A DNA stretch of 64,000 nt, taken from Octopus vulgaris (Eukaryota). Under the pieces are notes generated by a model that was not told the DNA's origin, searched no databases, and saw only the letters and a program-made list of their open reading frames with translations. A program made the translations under genes and the position numbers. The first letter of the stretch is position 1. The number at the start of each line of letters is the position of its first letter. The stretch spans positions 39,990,001 through 40,054,000 of the forward strand of contig OX597836.1 of NCBI GenBank assembly GCA_951406725.2, given 5' to 3'. Below, piece by piece: positions 53,424 to 64,000 of this stretch.

Positions 53424-53755
53424 ATTTTTTGGCTCAAAAAGCAAAAAGCAAGGTCATGTAGGGGGACATGGAGTTATGTACGGGGTGGTGTTCATGTAAA
53501 GAGTTCAGATCATTCGTGGTCAAGGGAGACCTTAAACCGAGCGGTCGTCGGCATCTTCACTATCTCGTCCGGCAGCTTATTCCACGAATCCGTAACCCGG
53601 ACGGAAAAAGCCCCTCTCCTTCGATTGAGATGAAATCGTCGCAGATAGAGCTTTTCGGAGTGACCCCGCAGCCGACGCTCTGGAGCAGGAGTGAAGAACA
53701 GCTCTTTCGAGAGGTTACACTTTCCGCTTATGATGTTGTGAGCAAGAATGAGATC
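53388..53755 (-). mobile_element. CR1-clade LINE 3' end
   Basis: DLILAHNIISGKCNLSKELFFTPAPERRLRGHSEKLYLRRFHLNRRRGAFSVRVTDSWNKLPDEIVKMPTTARFKVSLDHE*, then a short UTR and (TAAC)n tail. Confidence 0.88.
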
Positions 53756-54455
53756 ATATATATATATATATATAGTTTCAGCAAAATTTAGATTCAGATG
53801 AATATGGTACTTAAGTCAAAGGCACCAGAATTTTGTATGGTATTATCCATCTAAATCCATGGGGGTGATTACAATCAAAATAAGCAACAAAGTGAAAAAA
53901 TCTACAGTCAGAGAGTAAATTTAATACTATCATGTTCTTAAGAATGAAATCAACCTCTCTGTCTGCATATCTACCCTCTTTACAATTTTGGCAAACGAAA
54001 TAGAGATAAGAATGTGCATTGTCCGTTTGATTGGAAAATTTCTATAAGTGGCGGAAGATCGCTCGACATTTTAAAATTGAGGTAATACTTACAGTGTTTA
54101 ATAAATTGAAGTAGCATGAAACGATCGTACCACATTACCTCGGATATACTTGTGGCTTATTTTGATTATATATATACTTATCTATGCATCAATATATCAA
54201 TATATCTCTCCATCATTCGATCTATCTATCTATCTATATATCTAACTATATATCTATCTATTTACTTGTCAACTACACATTCTTTATTTTCTTTCCTTGC
54301 TTCTTTCTGTGTTACTTTCTTTGGAAGAGCGTAGGCTCGAAATGTTAAAAACTTTCTCACTTCCCAAGAGTTATACTAATAAATATGTTTGTAGTTTACA
54401 CCACCTGTCTTCGTCTTTTGTTTTTTTTGTAAATTCTCCCTATATATAAATAAGT

Positions 54456-54702
54456 GGAGGCGCAATGGCCCAGTGGTTAGAGCCGCGGACTCGCGGTTGT
54501 AGGATCATGGTTTCGATACCCAGACCGGGCGTTGTGAGTGTTTATTGACCGAAAACACCTAAATCTCCACGAGGCTCCAGCAGTTGGGGTGGTGGCGATC
54601 CCTGCTGTACTCTTTCGCCACAACTTTCTCTCACTCTTTCTTTGCCAGCGGGATGGCGTCATGCGTAACAACATCTGATAGCCTCGTTGGTCACGGTGGT
54701 CA
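54456..54702 (+). mobile_element. SINE family C copy
   Basis: GGAGGCGCAATGGCCCAGTGGTTAG..TGGTCACGGTGGTCAC. Confidence 0.85.
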
Positions 54703-54742
54703 CATATACATATGTATACATATATATATATATATACATATG

Positions 54743-54825
<83 letters not shown>

Positions 54826-55108
54826 ATCACCGTGATCACCGTGACCGACCAGGCTATCAGATGTTGCTACACATCGCTGGTCACAATGCGCTTCGCATTG
54901 TTTTAGCCTTCGAATGACGTCACCCCGCTGGCTAAGCGAGCAGACCAACAGAAGAAAGAATGAGACAAAGTTGTGGCGAAAGAGTACAGCAGGGATCGCC
55001 ACCACCCCCTGCCGGAGCCTCGTGGAGCTTTAGGTGTTTTCGCTCAATAAACACTCACAACGCCTGGTCTGGGAATCGAAACCGCGATCCTACGACCGCG
55101 ATTCCGCG
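54826..55108 (-). mobile_element. SINE family C copy (5'-truncated), tail-to-tail with the previous copy
   Basis: ATCACCGTGATCACCGTGACCGACCAGG..GGGAATCGAAACCGCGATCCTACGACCGCG. Confidence 0.85.
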
Positions 55109-55362
55109 TGTACATATTACCGCGCGCGCGTGTACATATTACCGTAAAGAAAAGTATGACAAAATAATACTGAAATCGCAGAATGATATGATTTATTGGA
55201 AATCTCTAACGTCTCCAATCATTATTCGGGATTTTTCTCGATAAGTGGACATAGAAATATATATATATATATATATATATATGTTATATAAATATACAAA
55301 AACACATTCATAATTTCGGCCGCTTTTTAGTCCACACACGCATTGCATGCACTTAAATGCGC

Positions 55363-55423
<61 letters not shown>

Positions 55424-55662
55424 TACGCGCATATTTCACACATACACGTTCTCTTATACACACGCAGTCATATGTAGAAACTGCTACGTAATCAAACGAT
55501 GCCCCAAAATTATATTATCTTAAAATTACGAGAAATTAATATGGCGCCTGTATTGCAAATACAATGCCTTTCTTTCACATAAATTTATATGTGCACAAGC
55601 ACACGCTCACGCCAAACATATATACAAGTATACACTTATAGATATATTTACACACACACACA

Positions 55663-55736
<74 letters not shown>

Positions 55737-56261
55737 CTATTTGTACATATGTGAATAGAGACGTGCGTATATAACTGCTCATATACACATACACGCACAA
55801 CATAAAACCGATATATACACAAACGTATAGCTTAACGCATTTGCATAAACCAAAGTAAACAAACACTTTCTCATATGTACACAAGCTATGACACAAACGT
55901 ACAAATATACATATGTATATACATAGGAATATGTTTGCATGTTGATACTTCGCTAAGATATATAATTTCCCTAAGATACATAAATCATTATTGTTTTTAA
56001 AGCCACGTCGTGTTCAACAAGTAGTTGAAATAATAGTACTGAATACAATATACGCAGCATGTTTTCTGTCTTATATCAATATCTCGTACGAGGTTGGGTT
56101 GAAAAGTTCATAAGCTAACTATGAAGGAATGACGCTAGAGTTGTGAAACTTGGTATTAATTTCAACACACTTACTTATAATTTTATTGTTTCTTTCAATG
56201 TAAACTAGCATTTGACTGTTCAAAGTAGATTTCCAAAACATACAAATTTGCACGTATACGA

Positions 56262-56638
56262 AGGAGTGGCTGTGTGGTAAGTAGCTTGCTAACCAGCCAC
56301 ATGGTTCCGGGTTCAGTCCCACTGCGTGGCATCTTGGGCAAGTGTCTTCTGCTATAGCCCCGGGCCGACCAATGCCTTGTGAGTGGATTTGGTAGACGGA
56401 AACTAAAAGAAGCCTGTCGTACATATGTATATATATAAGTGTGTGTGTATATGTTTGTGTGTCTGTGTTTGTCCCCCTAGCATTGCTTGACAACCGATGC
56501 TGGTGTGTTTACGTCCCCGTCACTTAGCGGTTCGGCAAAAGATACCGATAGAATAAGTACTGGGTTTACAAAGAATAAGTCCCGGGGTCGATTTGCTCGA
56601 CTAAAGGCGGTGCTCCAGCATGGCCGCAGTCAAATGAC
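56262..56638 (+). mobile_element. SINE family B copy
   Basis: Matches the family B consensus throughout. Confidence 0.88.
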
Positions 56639-56659
56639 ATACAGAAAAAAAAAGACTTT

Positions 56660-57710
56660 GTTGATGCTGGTGGAACCCCAATAAAGAAGCCTTGGATCTA
56701 GGTTAGAAACCGGCTCTTTCTCTATTGGCTGAAACTGAATAATGACATACATACATGCATAAAACAAAACACAAATATGCAAATACCCATAGATACAAAA
56801 TTACCCTCATTTAATGAATGAGCGTTGGATCTAGTTTACAAATGGGCTCTTTCTCTATTGACAAGAATTCTTGAAATAAAACTGAATAATGATAACATGC
56901 ATGCATACATACATACATACATACATGCATACATACACACATACATACATACATACATACATACATACATACATACATACATACATACATAAAAGACTAC
57001 AGATCCAATCCATCACTGGAAATGTAAAAATCTGTAAAACTTTCCAGAAGTTTATCATTTGAATATATATGAGCATGTCTAGATATGCAACTATATGCAT
57101 GAGAATACATACATAAAACATACAAAGCTGCACATAAATACATACATACATACATACATACATACATACATACATACATACATACATACATACATACATA
57201 CATTCATACATACATACATACATAAATACATACATACATACATACATACATACATACATACATACATACATACCCTGTTGTTGATGTAATTCCAATGAAA
57301 GAGCCTTGGATCTAGGTTAGAAACCGGCTCTTTTCCTATTGGCAAGAAATCTTGAAATAAAACTGAATTATGATATACATACATACATACATACATACAT
57401 ACATACATACATACATACATACATACATACATAGAAGACTACAGATCCAATCCATCACTGGAACTGTAAAAATCTGTAAAACTTTCCAGAAGTTTCTCAT
57501 TGAAATATATATCAATATGTCTAGATATGCAAATATATGCATGAGAATACATACATAAAACATACAAATCTGTACATAAATACATACATACACACACACA
57601 CATACCCTGTTGATGTTGTAATTCCAATGGAAGAGCCTTGGATCTAGGTTGGACACCGGTTCTTTCTCTATTGGCAAGAAATCTTGAAATAAAATGAATA
57701 ATGACATAAA
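56660..57710 (+). repeat. Tandem duplication built around a LINE-tail-like module with (CATA)n
   Basis: A GAGCCTTGGATCTAGGTTAGAAACCGGCTC..AAACTGAATAATGA module recurs at ~56688, 56820, 57301 and 57633. The intervening unique block is duplicated at ~56993 and ~57436. Confidence 0.85.
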
Positions 57711-57967
57711 TACATGTATACATGGGTGTATATGCGTCGACAGTTCAACCAACACACTAATTCAATCACATACTTATATACTCCCTGATTTCTCTTAACT
57801 CCAAATGCATTGTCGCTTTGTTAACGACCAGTTCGAACTCCCTTAAGAACTTAACCAAAACTCTAACAAAAATCATGCATACATAATTCCAGCTAAAGAG
57901 CCGAATTTCGAGACTAGAAACCATTTCCTTCCCCAGTAGTAAGAAGGACATAAAATAAAACCAACAT

Positions 57968-58312
57968 ACCAACCACATGGTTCCGGGTTCAGTCCCACTG
58001 CGTGGCATCTTGGGCAAGTCTCTTCTGCTATAGCCCCGGGCCGACAAATGCCTTGTGAGTGGATTTGGTAGACGGAAACTGAAAAGAAGCCTGTCGTATA
58101 TATGTGTATGTGTGTGTGTTTGTCCCCCTAGCATTGCTTGACAAACGATGCTGGTGTGTTTACGTCCCCGTTACTTAACGGTTCGGCAAAAGAGACCGAT
58201 AGAATAAGTACTGGGCTTACAAAGAATAAGGCCCGGGATCAATTTGCTCGACTAAAGGCGGTGCTCCAGCATGGCCGCAGTCAAATGACTGAAACAAGTA
58301 AAAGAGTAAAGA
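57968..58312 (+). mobile_element. SINE family B copy (5'-truncated)
   Basis: ACCAACCACATGGTTCCGGGTTCAGTCCC..GACTGAAACAAGTAAAAGAGTAAAGAG. Confidence 0.88.
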
Positions 58313-58496
58313 GTATATCATATACAGACATACGTACGTACATAATCAAAATAATGTGTTATGTTCACATAATCCTCTCGCGGTCAACATCGCCTTACAT
58401 CCTACCAAAGTCGATCTATTACAATACCTGCCAAGTACAGAATCACTGTAATCAACAAACACACACCCCAAACCCCTGCCCTTGCGCATACAACAT

Positions 58497-58536
58497 CACT
58501 AACATTTTCTCTTTTCATTTTCTTTTTCAGGTGAGT
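58497..58536 (+). promoter_or_regulatory. Candidate recursive splice site (branch point, polypyrimidine tract, CAG|GTGAGT)
   Basis: CACTAAC at 58497-58503, then TTTTCTCTTTTCATTTTCTTTTT, CAG at 58528-58530 and GTGAGT immediately after, in non-repetitive sequence. Confidence 0.5.
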
Positions 58537-58847
58537 GATATATGTTACTTTCAAAGACGCTGAAACTCAGACACGTTTAACATGAAACCCCAGGTATTTA
58601 ACTATCTCTGTTACTGGATATCGTTTACATGAAATTGTACTTTTGTTATTTACATACTTATTTCAAACAATAAACTATTCATCCATATTGGTATATATTT
58701 CCAATTTCTTCCTCTGGTAATCCTGCACTTTACGAAGGTATATCTATCTATCTACCTATCTATCAACTATCTCTCCCTCTTTCTCCCGCTCTTTCTCCCT
58801 CTCTCTCCCTCACTCTTCCCCTCTCTCTCTCTCTCTTTCTCTCTCTA

Positions 58848-59460
<613 letters not shown>

Positions 59461-59480
59461 ATTATGCTCAAGGTGGCTTC

Positions 59481-60046
<566 letters not shown>

Positions 60047-60408
60047 ACATACATACATGCATACATACATACATACATCTACACCTAAACATATGCACAA
60101 GCGAAATAAATATAAACGCAAGTTTATATTATAGCTCCTACACCCGTTTCAACATTGTAGTTTCTTTTTTGAGCCTTGCAGTAGATGTTCCATATGCATT
60201 TAGATGTTCAGCCAGAACGGAGCATCATAATTCACACTCGCACACGTACACACGTGCATACGCAAAACGCGCGCGCAAACACATACACACATACACACAA
60301 ACACATACAGACACGTATACATAAAAAAGAGCGAAAAATACATACATACATACAAACAGACATACACTTAGAGATATAGATAGGTGTGGTGTCTCTCTTC
60401 TCTCTTGC

Positions 60409-60452
<44 letters not shown>

Positions 60453-60564
60453 GTACGTGTGTGTGTCTGCGTATTTGCATGTTTCTTTGTCCAGGAGTAT
60501 ATATAGATGTGTGTATGTATATATATAGATATAGATATTATTTATTTGTTTATATATATACATA

Positions 60565-60603
<39 letters not shown>

Positions 60604-61103
60604 GTGTATGTTTCTGATGTCTGTGTGTTGCCCCCAAGAGTTATAGAATTACAACGGGAGCGATTAAAACTGACGTGGATACGAAGATAAGATATTTTAC
60701 GATGAAATCATAAAGATAAAGTTATAAAACTGTCATGTGTATTCCCTGAAATCTCGGCTGGCATTTCGCTGGATTTCAGAAGGAAAACTATTCAGCAAAT
60801 CGTAGTTTATACTATTTCATTAGTCGTATTGTAATATAGCACTTGTGCTTTTTTTTTCACTGACCAATCACCACGGAGCGCCGTGTGCTTTGCGATCAGA
60901 TCCAGCTACGTTTAGCTTCCACGTGTTTCTAGTGATGGAAATTACTCTACGTATTAGCATGGCGAAGCGTTTTTTTTTATTTTTCTAAGCCTAATTCCTG
61001 GAATAATCTACGTGATTTTTATTTGCGTTGTAATATTTTATATTGTATCTTTTATTTCTGTGTGCATGTGTGTGTACGTACATATCTATCTATCTATCCA
61101 TCC

Positions 61104-61192
<89 letters not shown>

Positions 61193-61203
61193 CTATCTAT
61201 CTA

Positions 61204-61248
<45 letters not shown>

Positions 61249-61249
61249 C

Positions 61250-61626
61250 TTTTCACTACCATATAACATTGCAGGTAGAACTGCGCTGTTGATGAGGTTG
61301 GTACGGGTGGTCCTGTCGAACCTTCCCTTGAGCACAACCCTTATGCCATTAAACGCCTTCTATCTGGCCCTTACTCTCCGTGATATCTCCTTTTTGATGT
61401 TGAGCTCCGTCAGCATGGTCTGAAGCTGATCCGTGGTTTCAGCGATGATTACGATGTCGTCAGCGAAACGGAGGTGGGTGAGGAGGTCGCCATTGATGCT
61501 GACACCGCCTTGCTAGTCGATGCCTCTGATGATCTGCTCGAAACATGCGGTGAAAAGTTTTGGAGAGATCGTATCTCCTTGCTTCACTCCCTTCTCGACC
61601 GGCACTCGTACGGGTGATGACAGCAG
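61250..61626 (-). pseudogene. RTE-clade reverse transcriptase fragment
   Basis: VEKGVKQGDTISPKLFTACFE..LTHLRFADDIVIIAE..[deletion]..KEISRRVRAR*KAF..VLPAMLYGSE; two in-frame stops. Confidence 0.9.
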
Positions 61627-62039
61627 TTACCAGTCTCTGCTCTTCTCTCTTTGTTGTAGAAAAAACTAATGGGTTAGTTTTTTTTTTCTACTTAACCCTT
61701 TAAAACTGTCCCTCATCACGGCCACAATCTTCTTCTGATAATCCTGCACTTTACGAAGGTATATCTATCTATATATGTGTGTGATCGCGTGTGTGCCGTT
61801 GGCGATTTTCTTTCGCTGTCTTCCCTTCTTTGGACTTTTTCTTTTTTTTTCTATATTTCTGACGAAGAGCTCCGCTCGAGACGTTAAATCCTCCTTCCTT
61901 CTTTCCTTTCCTGAGCGTCCAATAACACAATAGCGTAAAAAAATATTAATTTCTAATAAATAAATTTTACCAAGTAGTTTTTCGGTATGGAAAAGAACCA
62001 TATTCGGTAAAAACTTATACAAGAAGTTTTATATATAAT

Positions 62040-62177
62040 TATAACAATAATTAAGGGTTTAGCAAGAATTGCTTCACCACATAACGAAAATTTAGAAAGA
62101 GCAGCCAAAAGACCGTTATTTCTAAATTTTCGGTATGTCGTGAAGCAATTGTTGCTAAACCCTTAATTATTGTTATA
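62040..62177. repeat. Fold-back element, 59-bp arms
   Basis: 62040-62098 versus 62119-62177, with 3 mismatches and a 20-nt loop, next to TA-rich sequence. Confidence 0.9.
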
Positions 62178-62179
62178 TT

Positions 62180-62247
<68 letters not shown>

Positions 62248-63123
62248 AAAAATAAGCAACAAGAATGAATCCGGTAATTTAGTACAATTGTTTCATACTA
62301 CAACATTTTCTTAAAAGCTGTAAATATTACAGCAGATTTAAGATGCTGCGTAATCTTCACCTAATTTTATATAGGTTTTCCAATAATATAAAGTTCTCAG
62401 ATCAATTAATAACATCTTAGGGAAGGTAAATATACAGATAAAGATTTAGATATGAATCTAAGGAACATGAGGTAGTGTAGTGTAGTGTAGTGTACATATA
62501 TATATATGTATGTATGTATGTATGGATATGTAACAACTGAGCTCCTCTATGTAATATGTGTGCGCGCGCATGTGTGTGTGTCTAGATTCTCGTAGTATTA
62601 TTTTCTGTCTGTATATTTTTTTTAATGAGTCCCAAAGCGCATATTCTGGTAAATGATACCGTTTTCATTCCAGCACCATTCGAGTTATCTCTATATCTTT
62701 GTCTTACCCTGATTTGCGACGAAAGCAGCACTAGCTGAAAATAAACATTTTGTATATCTTACATAGCCTAAGTATATCTTGTAGAAAGCCACAAAACTGT
62801 GATATTCTTCTCAAGAAAGCATTTTCATTAGATGTATATTTCAAAATGGCAAAAAATACATTTTTCCACGAGGGTTCCGGACGATTTTTTGAGTGAACTG
62901 AAAAATAAGCCTTCCGGGTATCGAACTCACCGACTTACGATTGTTGGCCGAGTATTCTAACCACTACGCTACGTGCCCTCACCTAATGTGTTGTGCAACG
63001 TGTTATGGTAAATATACATACGTTTGCATTTACTAAATAAAAATGATCATAATTTGTTTTCATACTGAACTAATCTTTATGTCTTTTTATTCTCATTGAT
63101 TTTCTTTGATAATATACTAATTT

Positions 63124-63426
63124 GGAGGCGCAATGGCCCAGTGGTTAGGGCAGCGGACTCGCGGTCGTAGGATCGCGGTTTCGATTCCCAGACCGGGCGT
63201 TGTGTGTGTTTATTGAGCGAAAACACCTAAAAGCTCCACGAGGCTCCGGCAGGGGGTGGTGATCCCTGCTGTACTCTTTCACCACTCTTTCTCTCACTCT
63301 TTCTTCTGTTGGCCTGCTCGCTTAGCCAGCGGGGTGGCGTCATTCGAAGGCTAAAACAATGCGAACGCATTGTGACCAGCGATGTGTAACAAAGTCCGAT
63401 GGTCTGGTCGGTCACGTGATCACGTG
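63124..63426 (+). mobile_element. SINE family C, full length with TSD
   Basis: A-box TGGCCCAGTGG, B-box GTTTCGATTCC and tail GGTCGGTCACGTGATCACGTG. ATATACTAATTT is duplicated at 63112-63123 and 63427-63438. Confidence 0.92.
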
Positions 63427-63799
63427 ATATACTAATTTATCACATCTGTTTATGTAAATATATAGAACATCGACTTCGCAGTTGGCTCATTACCACTTGG
63501 AAAAATACGGTGTTATTTACGATTAACTGGACAGGTGTAATAAACCCGAAGCTCACACGCAGTTGAGTAAAATAATATTAGTAATTGAAAAATTTTTTCT
63601 TACACATTTATCCTCACTATTTTAAAGTATGTTAACAATAACAACAAATTATTATTATTCTTTCACTATGTGAAGTCTAACTAATTGTTCTAACTTGTTG
63701 TAACCTATTAGCGCTAACTTGTAATCTGCTAACGCTAACTTGTTCTTCAAATATGTTAACGCTAGATTAGTGTTCTTGTTATATACTAACGCTAATTAA

Positions 63800-64000
63800 G
63801 GCGGCGAGCTGGCAGAATCGTTAGAACGCCGGGCGAAATGCTTAGCGGTATTTCGCTTGCTGTTATGTTCTGAGTTCAAATTCCGCCGAGGTCGACTTTG
63901 CCTTTCATCCTTTCGGGGTCGATTAAATAAGTACCAGTTACGAACTGGAGTCGATGTAATCGACCTAATCTGTTTCTCTGTCCTTGTTTGTCCTCTCTGT
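63800..64000 (+). mobile_element. SINE family A copy (runs off the window)
   Basis: GGCGGCGAGCTGGCAGAATCGTTAG..GCCTTTCATCCTTTCGGGGTCGATTAAATAAGTACCAG. Confidence 0.88.

Noticed and set aside
56087-56170. TA|CGAGGTTGGGTTGAAAAGTTCATAAGCT mariner-like TIR
   Set aside because: No partner TIR or transposase remnant was found, so it is too weak to call.
63124-63195. tRNA gene-like sequence (A and B boxes)
   Set aside because: It continues into a SINE body and tail with a TSD; no proper cloverleaf acceptor stem.

Overview
This is AT-rich, microsatellite-saturated eukaryotic DNA with no supportable host protein-coding exon. The SINE families and repeat landscape look like an octopus (coleoid cephalopod) genome, recognised from memory rather than searched, and the window is probably intergenic or inside a very long intron. 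Nearly all ORFs in the supplied track are (TA)n/(CA)n/(TACA)n/(AAT)n artefacts. The real content is transposon-derived. There are three abundant tRNA-headed SINE families (here A, B, C) plus a rarer family D, and 3' or RT fragments of RTE and CR1 LINEs. DNA elements include several mariner and Tc1 relics (one 1.23-kb mariner with perfect 37-bp TIRs), hAT- and Merlin-like MITEs and two Helitron-like elements. The most interesting unexplained signals are four. (1) About ten type I hammerhead-ribozyme motifs, several structurally complete (best 49601-49680), sit in short non-coding and often fold-back elements next to microsatellites, as in Penelope-like or retrozyme-like elements. (2) A textbook branch point + polypyrimidine + CAG|GTGAGT recursive-splicing (ratchet point) candidate lies at 58497-58536. 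(3) SINE family C shares its 3' tail with an RTE LINE present in the window, and the same head occurs with alternative tails. (4) An RTE 3' end encodes three tandem C2H2 zinc fingers. Coordinates of degenerate repeats are approximate.
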